NCBI GenBank assembly: GCA_963758525.1
Contig: CAVWVQ010000002.1
Location: 352,001 to 416,000, forward strand
Direction of reading: 5' to 3'
Length of the DNA stretch: 64,000 bases
Source: an uncultured Phycisphaerales bacterium
Lineage (GTDB): Bacteria; Planctomycetota; Phycisphaerae; Tepidisphaerales; Tepidisphaeraceae
The position numbers and the translations under genes were made by a program. The notes beneath the pieces are model-generated. The model was given only the letters and a program-made list of their open reading frames with translations. It made no database searches and was not told where the DNA came from. Positions 55,560 to 64,000 of the stretch are shown in pieces; position 1 is the stretch's first letter, and the number at the start of each line of letters is the position of its first letter.

Positions 55560-56017
55560 ACGCCCAAAATTCGCGATCACAACTTGCAACTCGCCGCGCC
55601 AATCTTCTCGCGGAATTATTCTTGCAGGACCTCAATCCGGTGTTCGTTTCCAAGCCGACATCGGAAGACCTTGGGTATGATTTTCTTGTTGGATTTTCCA
55701 ACGACAAGGCGGGTATCAATACCTTTGCGGTCGAGGTGAAGCCTACTGAACGGCCGCCAGGATCGCGGTTTCCCATTTCACGAAATTCCTTCGACCGAAT
55801 CACCCACTCCAATGTTCCTGGCCTGCTTCTGGTCGCTGATGTCAAGCAGAACCGACTCTATTACGCATGGCTGCGGCCGGACGATTCGAACACCGCACGC
55901 AACACTGTCTCGATCCCAATTGCGGAGATAAACGAGACGACGACAAAACAGCTCAAGAGTCGTCTTGAGAAGGCGGAAGACGGTGTGGCGGTCGCAGGGC
56001 GGCTAGCCGGCGCATGA
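55556..56017 (+). CDS. DUF4365-like PD-(D/E)XK-fold protein
   Basis: DLGYDFLV...FAVEVK...NVPGLLLVADVKQNRLYYAWL; ATGA overlap with the previous gene. Confidence 0.65.
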   Translation: MNAQNSRSQLATRRANLLAELFLQDLNPVFVSKPTSEDLGYDFLVGFSNDKAGINTFAVEVKPTERPPGSRFPISRNSFDRITHSNVPGLLLVADVKQNRLYYAWLRPDDSNTARNTVSIPIAEINETTTKQLKSRLEKAEDGVAVAGRLAGA

Positions 56018-56274
56018 CAGTCCGAAATCCCAACCCCCCGGATCGGCGTAACTCCCGCGCCGCGTTGAACGTAAACTTTATTTGCTCAGTAACGGGGTGT
56101 GCCGGTATGATTCTCCTGGCAGCCCTTCGGCGTGAGCGCCGGGCGCGGGCAGCCTGGCGTGATGTCACTCTCGTTATTTCAGTCGGCCAATGAGGTTGCG
56201 GACAGGTGCACGCCGCCGGTGGCGCGTCCAGACGGACAATCTGTCAACACCGCTTCTCGCCGCTGGAGGGTCTC

Positions 56275-59064
56275 ATGGGTATGAGGTCGTTATTCCCCGC
56301 GTCCTGGTTTGTCTCGTCCGATCCGGCCCGCTCCGACCGGCGCCGGCGCCAGGCATCCCTTGCCGTCGAACGGGCGGCTGGCGTCACCGTCGAATCCCTC
56401 GAAACTCGCGTTCTGTTTGCGGCGATTACCGCGACGCTTACGCCCGCCCCGCCGCCCCCGGTGGTCAGCGCCGCCGCAACGACTGAAAAGGTGATCATTA
56501 CTTACGTTGATCCCGATATGGTCGCGCTTCCGATTACGGGATTTTCCGCCAGCAACATCACCGTTGCCGGCCCCGCGATGGCAACGGTTGCTTCGGTCAG
56601 CGTGACGCAAGCCGCCGGCTCCGGCACTGCCGTCGCGACATACGTGGTCGACGCCCCCGGCGCAACGACCTGGAACGCTTCTGAGAACGGAAGCTACACC
56701 ATCAGCCTGCACGCGGGCGTCACCGACGCCGATGCCAACACCGCCGCGCCCAATCCAACCTTCGGCGTTTTTACGGTCGCGATTCCCCCGACGGCGACCG
56801 TTGCGCCGGTTGCAGACATCACGACGGCCACGCCGGACACTTTCAACGTTGTCGTTACCTACGTAAGCCCCGGCGGTCAGATCCTTGGATCAACCATCGG
56901 GACCGACAACATCACCGTGAAAGGCCCCACCGGCCCTGGGAGCAGTTCGTTGGCGGTTGCCTCGATCACTCCCGCGACAAATACCAACAGCGCGACGGAA
57001 GTAGTGACCTACACCGTCGACTCCCCAACGCCCGGCTCGTTCAGTGCGCTGGACGACGGAACGTACACCATTGGAATCGTCGGCAACGTGACTGACACGA
57101 CTGCCGTGCATGTTGCCGCCAACCCGTCGGTGCAGACGTTCACCGTCAACATCGCCGACGTTCCCACCGCCGTGCTCACGCAGCCGGCGAATATCACCAC
57201 CAGCGGCGTCAGCAGCGAGCCCATTGTTGTGACGTACACCGAGCCCGGCGCCGCCGATATGCCTCCGGTGCTAGTCGCTGGAAGTTCGATCGATACCACC
57301 AACATCAGCGTCACCAGTCCCAACGCGACGCCGATCACGATCACCGCGGTCACTCCGCCGTCCCCTGCCGACGGCTCGCCGCTGGTTGTCACTTACACCG
57401 CATCGCTTCCCGCCGGCATGACATTCACCGATGCGCTCAACGGGGTCTATACCATCGCCCTGGCAAACACGGTGACCGGAACCAACGCCGCTCCGGTTAC
57501 GCCGGACGATATGTTCGGAACCTTCACCGTCGCCCTGTCCGACACGACCGGACCCACGGCAACGGTCACGGCGCAGCCGGTCCTGCAGTCGACCGGCACC
57601 ACGACTCAGATCATCGTCACTTATGTCGACGATGGGGCCGTTCTGACCTCCAGTGTCGCCGACGCCGGCAATGGCGCCATTACGGTGAAGGATACCACCA
57701 CCGGCGAGACGTTGAACGTCGTCGATGCCACCATCGCTGCCGGGACCCCAGTCAACCCGCAGACGCTCGTCGTCACGTATACGGTCGAGCAGCCCAGCGA
57801 CAATGCATTCTCTTCCTCCGACAACGGCACATACACGATCGCACTGACGGGTGCTCCCGCGGTGACCGACACCACCGGAAATCCGGTGCTGGCCAATCCC
57901 AATCTCGGCACGCTTCTGATTGACATCGGCAATACCACGCGACCCACCGGCACGGTCACCGCGCCGGCTATCACCACCAACGCGATCACCGGCGAAACCA
58001 TCACGTTTGTTTTGACCGACGTTGCGGCAATCAAGCTCTCCACGATCACGCTGAACAGCCTGAAAGTGCTCGCCCCAAATGGCGCGCAGCTCAAGCCAAC
58101 TTCCCTTTCGCTCAGCTCGGGCGTTGATGCCCCCGTTGTCACCGCCGTCTACGTCGTCGCAGCGCCCAATGGCGCAAGTTTCACCGGCGCTGACAACGGC
58201 ACCTACACGGTCGCCCTGAACGGCGTAACCGATATTCAAGGCCTGCCCGTGGTTCCCAGCGGCGTGAATACCGCGTTTGCCGTGTCTATCGAGACGATCC
58301 AAAACCCGCAGCCGGAAGGAGAATTCGGCGTCTTCAACGGAAAGATGCGCAAGCTCCGCTTCTACGACGTCCCGCTGGGAACCACCATCACTCTCACCGC
58401 ACGCGGCGGGCAGGGAAGCGTGACGCAGGAAGGGGATGGCAGCCTGAGCATTGTCATGAACGATTTCGGCGGCGGGCTGAATGTCAATGTGCTCAGCAGC
58501 GGAAATCATCCGGTCAATTACGAGAGCGTGATCGTGCATGGATCGGTCAATAACTTCCAATCGCTCACCGGCAATCTACTCGGCACATTCCAGGCCTCAG
58601 GCACGCTGACCAAGGCAACCTTCCGCCAACTCCTTGGCACGTTGGTGACGTCAGGCTCCATCCTCAATCTCAAAGTGCTTCGCGCGGTGACGGACTCGCA
58701 AATTCTCAGCGGCGTGCTTTTTGGCGCCGACGGACTTTTCGGCACCAACCCCACCACTCTCGTTGACGATGACACTTACGCCCCCGGTTTCATCCGGAAT
58801 ATCAACATCGGCGGCTCTTTCTCGGACTCGGTTGTCGCCGCCGGCGCGGATCCCGGCGCGGATCTGATCTTCGGCTTCAACGCTTCCACCCAGACCGACG
58901 ACGATGTGCGCGCCGGGACGGCGACCAGCATCATCCAGACCATCACAGCCATCGGCTCGGACGGACTCACCCGCTTCGAAGCCGGTCACTTCGGGCAGTT
59001 CAAGTTCGCGAAGCACAAGTTCTTCCCCGACGCGACGACCGACAATCGGTTCAAAGGGCTGTAG
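56275..59064 (+). CDS. Large Thr-rich surface protein with about five Ig-like repeats
   Basis: GGAGG RBS; VESLETRVLFA; repeated PTA.V...VTY...D(N/D)GTYTI...VTD units. Confidence 0.82.
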   Translation: MGMRSLFPASWFVSSDPARSDRRRRQASLAVERAAGVTVESLETRVLFAAITATLTPAPPPPVVSAAATTEKVIITYVDPDMVALPITGFSASNITVAGPAMATVASVSVTQAAGSGTAVATYVVDAPGATTWNASENGSYTISLHAGVTDADANTAAPNPTFGVFTVAIPPTATVAPVADITTATPDTFNVVVTYVSPGGQILGSTIGTDNITVKGPTGPGSSSLAVASITPATNTNSATEVVTYTVDSPTPGSFSALDDGTYTIGIVGNVTDTTAVHVAANPSVQTFTVNIADVPTAVLTQPANITTSGVSSEPIVVTYTEPGAADMPPVLVAGSSIDTTNISVTSPNATPITITAVTPPSPADGSPLVVTYTASLPAGMTFTDALNGVYTIALANTVTGTNAAPVTPDDMFGTFTVALSDTTGPTATVTAQPVLQSTGTTTQIIVTYVDDGAVLTSSVADAGNGAITVKDTTTGETLNVVDATIAAGTPVNPQTLVVTYTVEQPSDNAFSSSDNGTYTIALTGAPAVTDTTGNPVLANPNLGTLLIDIGNTTRPTGTVTAPAITTNAITGETITFVLTDVAAIKLSTITLNSLKVLAPNGAQLKPTSLSLSSGVDAPVVTAVYVVAAPNGASFTGADNGTYTVALNGVTDIQGLPVVPSGVNTAFAVSIETIQNPQPEGEFGVFNGKMRKLRFYDVPLGTTITLTARGGQGSVTQEGDGSLSIVMNDFGGGLNVNVLSSGNHPVNYESVIVHGSVNNFQSLTGNLLGTFQASGTLTKATFRQLLGTLVTSGSILNLKVLRAVTDSQILSGVLFGADGLFGTNPTTLVDDDTYAPGFIRNINIGGSFSDSVVAAGADPGADLIFGFNASTQTDDDVRAGTATSIIQTITAIGSDGLTRFEAGHFGQFKFAKHKFFPDATTDNRFKGL

Positions 59065-59068
59065 GAAA

Positions 59069-59306
59069 GTTCAGGGTGTCGGGGTTCAGGGTGTCAGGGT
59101 TCAGGGTTCAGGGTTCAGGGTTCAGGGTTCAGGCGCGAGGAACCGAGGAACCGCAAACGATGGATGGGGCGCAAATGAGACAGTATGCTTCTGCCCGATA
59201 CCTCAAATTAGTGACGCCCTTCTGCGTTCTTCCCCTGAACCCTGAACCCTGAACCCTGAACCCTGAACCCTGAACTCTGAACCCTGAACCCTGAACCCTG
59301 AACCCT
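59069..59306. repeat. Inverted heptamer arrays (GGGTTCA)n / (TGAACCC)n
   Basis: About 9 units at 59069-59133 and about 10 complementary units at 59232-59306. Confidence 0.9.
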
Positions 59307-59311
59307 CACCT

Positions 59312-60160
59312 ATGCTTCGTTTATCCGCTTTTGCTGATGAAATTGCGCCGGAGTTGGACGAGCAGATCCGCGTCTGTCGGGCCTGCGGGATCACCCACGT
59401 CGAGTTGCGCACTGTGGATGGAATCAACGTGCTCGACTTCGACAAGTCTCGCCGCGACGACATCCGGTCGCGCCTGCGCGACAGCGGGCTGGGGGTGCAG
59501 ACCATCGCCAGCCCCATCGGCAAGGTGAAGCTCAGCGACTCCTGGCCGGCGCACCTCGACCGGTTCAAAGTCGCAGTCGAATGTGCCGAGTTTTTTGACG
59601 CGCCGTTCATCCGCGTTTTCAGCTATTACGCTTCGTCGGCCGACGAAGACATTCGCAAGCAGCGTGACGAGGTGCTCCGCCGGATGCGCGCAAAGGTCGA
59701 TTATCTCGACGGTCATCACGTGATCCTTCTTCATGAGAATGAGAAAGATATTTACGGCCAGCTCGGTCGCGAGTGCCTGGATCTGATGACCGCGATCGAC
59801 TCGCCACGTCTCCGCTGCGCGTTCGATTCGGCGAACTTCGTGCAGGCCGGGGAGCGCCCGCTGGACAACTGGTCATTGCTCAAGCCGTACACCGCGCAGA
59901 TTCACGTCAAGGATGCGAAGAAGTCGGACGGCTCCTGTGTGCTGGTGGGCACGGGAGACGGCGATTATCCGGCGATCATCGCCGATGCATATCGAAGCGG
60001 CTATCGCGGCTTCCTCAGCCTTGAGCCGCACCTGGCGGTCGCCGGGCAGTTCAGCGGGTTCAGCGGGCCGAAGCTGTTTACCGAAGATGCCGTCGCGCTG
60101 CGCGAACTGTGCGCCAGGGCAAACGTTCCGCTTGCCGACCCGCGTCATCGCGGTGGATAA
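59312..60160 (+). CDS. Sugar phosphate isomerase/epimerase (xylose-isomerase-like TIM barrel)
   Basis: LSAFADEI, VELR, IASPIGK, IRVFSYY, LLHENEK, FDSANF, IHVKD, SLEPHL. Confidence 0.88.
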   Translation: MLRLSAFADEIAPELDEQIRVCRACGITHVELRTVDGINVLDFDKSRRDDIRSRLRDSGLGVQTIASPIGKVKLSDSWPAHLDRFKVAVECAEFFDAPFIRVFSYYASSADEDIRKQRDEVLRRMRAKVDYLDGHHVILLHENEKDIYGQLGRECLDLMTAIDSPRLRCAFDSANFVQAGERPLDNWSLLKPYTAQIHVKDAKKSDGSCVLVGTGDGDYPAIIADAYRSGYRGFLSLEPHLAVAGQFSGFSGPKLFTEDAVALRELCARANVPLADPRHRGG

Positions 60161-60167
60161 GAGCCAT

Positions 60168-60277
60168 CCTCAGGCCAACCCTCTCCACCGGGAGTGGGTG
60201 ATTGCGAGGACCAACGGCCCCCACCGTTCAAAAATCACCCTCACCCCAGCCCTCTCCCGCGGTACCGGGAGAGGGGG
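60168..60277. repeat. CCCTCACCC-type REP(s) between convergent genes
   Basis: AAAATCACCCTCACCCCAGCCCTCTCCCGCGGTACCGGGAGAGGGG plus a degenerate partner. Confidence 0.75.
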
Positions 60278-60322
60278 TAGGAGGTCGCTCGAAGTTCTGA
60301 AACGTTCGCGGAGTTGCTCAGC

Positions 60323-61582
60323 CTACCGCGTGCGATCATTCGCTTCATTTTCGTAATAGTCGAAGCTGGAGCCGAGTTTCTCCAGGAGCGGACGGGTAAC
60401 CCGGTTCAGTTCTTCAATCACCTCGTCCGGCAGAGCTTCCGAAGCGGTCTGGATGTTTCGTCTCAGATTGGCGGCATCGGATGATCCGCAAAGCGAACTG
60501 GTGATTCCCTTTCCGGCGATCGCCCATTTCAGGGAGATCGACGCCATGCTCAGCCCGTGCCGCTGTGCGATACGGCGGATCGCGTTCAAGGCCGCGACCA
60601 TCTCGGCTTCGGCGCCCGGCAGCCCATGCCGGCACTGCGCATTGCGACGGCAATTAAAGTGCCGCGTGCGCCGTTGCGGCGCCGGGATTTCATCCAGCGT
60701 GGCATAGCGCCCAGCGAGCACTCCCTGCATCAGGGCCATGTATCCGACAACGCCAATCCCGCGGTCGCGGCACCAGGGCAGGATCTCAAGCTCGATGGCA
60801 CGCGTCAGCAGGCTGTACGGCAACTGGTTGACGACGATGTCGGCGCCGGTTCCGAGCGCCTCGTTCAATTTCTGCACGCCAAAGTTGGCGACGCCGATGT
60901 GGCGGATCTTCCCCTTCGCCTGCAGGTCGCGGAGCGCGCCAAACGCCTCGGTCACGGAAGGAATAGGCAACGGTTCGGATGTGAAATGACGAATCGAGTG
61001 CGCCGAGATCGGCCAGTGAACCATGTACAAATCGATGTAGTTCACTTGCAGCCGCCGCAGGCTCGCCTCGCAGTGTTCGATGAGCTTTTCGGGAGCGGCG
61101 TGATGCGGACTGACTTTGGTCGCGATGAGAATGCGATCGCGGGCGATCCCCGCAACGGCTTGTCCAAGCGCGGTTTCGCTTGCGCCGTCGTTATACGCTT
61201 CGGCAGTGTCGAAGAAATTGCAGCCATGATCGATCGCGCAGCGGACGACCTCGTTCACGTCGGCTTGAGCGACCTGTCCCCAATAGCTCCCGCCGCCGAA
61301 CGACCAGCAGCCCAAGCCGAGCACGGGAAGCCGCAAGTCGTGGTTGCCGCAAGGGCGTCGTTGGGTGAGCGACCCGGGATGAGATATCGCGGCGCTTTCC
61401 CCCTCCCCTGGTACTCCGGGGGAGGGCTGGGGTGGGGGCGGCGTCGCCCGAGAATAACCGATCGCATCAGACCACTTCCGACCGACGCTGCCCCCACCCT
61501 GACCCCCCTGACCCTCCGCCGGACAACCGGGGGCGGGGAAAGAGGAATCCTCCAAATTGTCACGCTTCTCGTGTCGTTGCAT
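60323..61582 (-). CDS. Aldo/keto reductase with REP-derived N-terminal extension
   Basis: LGLGCWSFGG, FFDTAEAY, IATKV, YIDLYMVHWP, GKIRHIGVANF, NQLPYSLL; ATG 4 nt after the SDR stop. Confidence 0.88.
   Translation of the reverse strand: MQRHEKRDNLEDSSFPAPGCPAEGQGGQGGGSVGRKWSDAIGYSRATPPPPQPSPGVPGEGESAAISHPGSLTQRRPCGNHDLRLPVLGLGCWSFGGGSYWGQVAQADVNEVVRCAIDHGCNFFDTAEAYNDGASETALGQAVAGIARDRILIATKVSPHHAAPEKLIEHCEASLRRLQVNYIDLYMVHWPISAHSIRHFTSEPLPIPSVTEAFGALRDLQAKGKIRHIGVANFGVQKLNEALGTGADIVVNQLPYSLLTRAIELEILPWCRDRGIGVVGYMALMQGVLAGRYATLDEIPAPQRRTRHFNCRRNAQCRHGLPGAEAEMVAALNAIRRIAQRHGLSMASISLKWAIAGKGITSSLCGSSDAANLRRNIQTASEALPDEVIEELNRVTRPLLEKLGSSFDYYENEANDRTR
61399..61538. repeat. CCCTCACCC-type REP doublet within the 5' part of the AKR ORF
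   Basis: CCCCCTCCCCTGGTACTCCGGGGGAGGGCTGGGGTGGGGG ... CCCCCACCCTGACCCCCCTGACCCTCCGCCGGACAACCGGGGGCGGGG. Confidence 0.75.
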
Positions 61583-61586
61583 GACT

Positions 61587-62378
61587 TTACTTTTTGGCCG
61601 GCAGCGCCCGCGTCGCCCCGCCGGAAATACCCCCGTCGATGAGCAGGGTCTGGGCGGTCATATATTCACTTGCGTCGGAAGCAAGGAACACCACCGCGCC
61701 ATCCAGGTCGGCTGGCTTTCCCGGGCGCTTCAGCGGGATGCGATCGCACAAGTAATCTACCCATTCGCGATTCTCGTACATCACCGCGTTTTGCGCCGTC
61801 TTGAACCAGCCAGGAGCAAGGCAGTTGACGGTGATACCATGGACTCCCCAATCGTCGGCAAGGCTCATCGTGAGCTGTTTCACGCCGCCCCGACTCGCGC
61901 CGTAGGGCGCGAGCCCGGCATACCCCGCGACGCAAGTCACCGAACCGATGTTGATGATCCGTCCGTATTTTCGGGCGATCATGTGGCGGGCCACGGCTTG
62001 CGAAACGAAGAACGTCCCGCGCAGGTTGGTGTCCAGAATCAGATTCCAGTCATCCCAGGAGACGTCCATCGCCGGCTTGCGCACGTTGCAGCCGGCGTTA
62101 TTTACGAGGATGTCGATCTTTCCGTAATGCGCGGCGGCGGCGTCGGCCATGGTCTGGATGCTATCGAGATGGCGCACGTCCAGCGCCAGCGGCAGAACGC
62201 GCCTGCCGAGCGCCTCGATCTCGCGCTGGAACGTTTTGAGACTGGCCGGCTCACGGCTGGTGATGACCAGATCCGCGCCGGCGCGGGCCAGCGCTGTGGC
62301 AAAGTACTGCCCGAGGCCGCGGCTGGTGCCGGTAACGATTGCAACCTTGCCGGCGAGGTTGAAAAGATTGTCGGTCAT
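61587..62378 (-). CDS. SDR oxidoreductase (gluconate 5-dehydrogenase/KduD-like)
   Basis: TGTSRGLG, LVNNAG, INIGS, YGASRGG, APGWFKT. Confidence 0.88.
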   Translation of the reverse strand: MTDNLFNLAGKVAIVTGTSRGLGQYFATALARAGADLVITSREPASLKTFQREIEALGRRVLPLALDVRHLDSIQTMADAAAAHYGKIDILVNNAGCNVRKPAMDVSWDDWNLILDTNLRGTFFVSQAVARHMIARKYGRIINIGSVTCVAGYAGLAPYGASRGGVKQLTMSLADDWGVHGITVNCLAPGWFKTAQNAVMYENREWVDYLCDRIPLKRPGKPADLDGAVVFLASDASEYMTAQTLLIDGGISGGATRALPAKK

Positions 62379-63379
62379 GGAGCGAGAATGACCTTTAGAA
62401 GACCGGCCTCTTTGTTGTGGAGCCGATCAAACCAGGCCGCTCCATCCGCGAGCGGCGCGACACTGCTGATCAACGGCTTCACGTCGACCGCGCCGCTCGC
62501 CATCAAATCGAGGCATTGCGGATATTCGCCTGCTGAAGCGCAAGACCCGTAGATCGTCAGCTCGCGCGTGACGGCAAGCTGCAGCGGCCATTCGATCTTC
62601 GGCGAGACATTGCCGATCAGCGTGATCGATCCGCCCTTGCGAACGGACCGCATCGCCAAATCCACGGTTGCGGTCAGTCCGACCGCTTCGAACGCGTGAT
62701 CCGCGGCAAACTCGCCGCGGCACTCGCGGGTGTTGGCCGTCTCCGTTGCTCCAAGCCGCGCCGCCATCTGAAGCTTCTCCTCGGCCAGATCAACGGCGAC
62801 AATCCGGCTGCAACCGATAGCATGAAGTACTTGTATTTGCAGCAAGCCGATCATTCCGGCGCCGACGACCACCGCGGTGTCCCCGCGCTCGACCCCGGAG
62901 CGGCGCGCCGCGTGCACCGCAATGGAAAGCGGCTCAACGAACGCCGCCTGCTCGAACGGCAGCCGATCCGGCAACCGATGGAGAATCCTCTGCGGAATGG
63001 CAACATACTCCGCGAAGGCCCCGTGTTGACGATATTCTTCGCAGGAGACGCCGAGCACGCGCCGGTTGTCACACAAATTGATGCGACCTTCCCGGCAGTA
63101 GTCGCACCGGCCGCAATAGATCGTTGAATCAAACGTAACGCGGTCGCCGGGCTTCCATGCCGTCACCGCGGCTCCGACTTGAGCGATCGTTCCCGCCGCC
63201 TCGTGGCCCATGATGATGGGCGGCCGGCGCCGGCCGGTGCTCCCGTCCATCCCATGCACGTCGCTTCCGCAAATACCGCAAGCCCTCACCGCCACCAGCA
63301 CGTCTTGCGTCCCAGGCTCCGGCGAGGGGGCGTCGTCGAAAACGAACGTGCTGCGGTCGGTGAGGATCAGCGCCTTCAT
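62375..63379 (-). CDS. Zn-dependent polyol dehydrogenase (iditol/galactitol-1-P dehydrogenase-like)
   Basis: CGICGSD, GHE, CGRCDYC...NLC, GAFAEY, GAGMIG. Confidence 0.9.
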   Translation of the reverse strand: MKALILTDRSTFVFDDAPSPEPGTQDVLVAVRACGICGSDVHGMDGSTGRRRPPIIMGHEAAGTIAQVGAAVTAWKPGDRVTFDSTIYCGRCDYCREGRINLCDNRRVLGVSCEEYRQHGAFAEYVAIPQRILHRLPDRLPFEQAAFVEPLSIAVHAARRSGVERGDTAVVVGAGMIGLLQIQVLHAIGCSRIVAVDLAEEKLQMAARLGATETANTRECRGEFAADHAFEAVGLTATVDLAMRSVRKGGSITLIGNVSPKIEWPLQLAVTRELTIYGSCASAGEYPQCLDLMASGAVDVKPLISSVAPLADGAAWFDRLHNKEAGLLKVILAP

Positions 63380-63405
63380 GGCTGGTGCAGCTCACGATAA
63401 CAGCT

Positions 63406-63765
63406 TCAGACAGCCAACGCCGCGTCGGCGGCAGCCGCGGCATCATCGGCGTAGAGCTCGCCTTCATGACCGCTTGCAATGCCGAAGATCCCAAAGCGAT
63501 ATCCAGGCTTGCCGTCGTCACGAAGCACCACGTGAATTTCCGCAACCGCGGTCTTTTCTCGCTGCACCGTTACCACCACGTACGCGGGGTCAGGCGCTTC
63601 CAGTTCCACGGCATATCGCGGGTTCAGGCGCAGGATTCTCTTTGCCGCGTCCTTCAACATTGCGATCTCAATCCCCGGATCGAAGTCGGGATGGGCAGGC
63701 CCCGCCGGGGCTTCCCAAGTATCTGGATTTCGCGCGTCCATCAGCTTTTCCAAGTGTGCTCCCAT
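63406..63765 (-). CDS. Hypothetical protein
   Basis: 119-aa ORF filling the gap in a same-strand gene run. Confidence 0.5.
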   Translation of the reverse strand: MGAHLEKLMDARNPDTWEAPAGPAHPDFDPGIEIAMLKDAAKRILRLNPRYAVELEAPDPAYVVVTVQREKTAVAEIHVVLRDDGKPGYRFGIFGIASGHEGELYADDAAAAADAALAV

Positions 63766-63805
63766 ACTGTTCAAAACGAACAAGCCGCATAGCTTACTCG
63801 ATAAT

Positions 63806-64000
63806 TCAGCCAACCGCAGTCAGAATTCCGTTCCGACGCGCGGCATAGCGCGTGTCGTCGAGCACTGCTTCTGATCCATCACAGGGAATCACCCGCTCCA
63901 ACGGCACCCAGCTTTTGCACCCGGCGTAAGCGGGCGTGTTAGGCGTCACAAAAGACTGGCTGAGCCGATAGGCGCGTACGAGCAACAGGTACAGCGGATT
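63806..64000 (-). CDS. DUF1802-like protein, 3' end (cut by the window edge)
   Basis: Manual translation NPLYLLLVRAYRL...YAGCKSWVPL...AVLDD...TAVG*. Confidence 0.7.
   Translation of the reverse strand, partial: NPLYLLLVRAYRLSQSFVTPNTPAYAGCKSWVPLERVIPCDGSEAVLDDTRYAARRNGILTAVG

Overview
High-GC bacterial chromosome segment. It is most consistent with a planctomycete, by inference from the LE(S/T)RxLx extracellular-protein motifs, the Uma2 gene, the orphan FlgI-like lipoprotein and the REP families; Phycisphaerae/Tepidisphaerales is a weaker guess. Housekeeping genes: kdsA (partial), gndA, nrdR, smc, valS, leuA, pyk. Accessory genes: a Cus-type heavy-metal RND efflux operon with a Cys-rich upstream ORF; lemA with two TPM genes; a partial aryl-polyene/flexirubin-like tailoring cluster; pldA; an S53 protease; GH16; large surface proteins; partner-switching genes; sugar-catabolism genes; and a tandem DUF4365-like PD-(D/E)XK pair. 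At least ten genes are split by apparent single-base frameshifts, probably long-read assembly errors. No rRNA, tRNA, CRISPR array, transposase or integrase was recognised. The intergenic DNA holds several REP/REPIN families, 7- and 8-mer arrays, and a 143-bp MITE present twice. Most notable: (1) a translationally coupled operon of an anti-sigma-like dockerin protein, a cohesin-like protein and a VIT-vWA lipoprotein; (2) REP-derived sequence inserted in frame into ValS and apparently into two other proteins; (3) a Leu-rich leader-peptide attenuator upstream of leuA; (4) a REP-carrying MITE with a target-site duplication, nested in another inverted-repeat element. All assignments come from reading motifs by eye; no searches were run.
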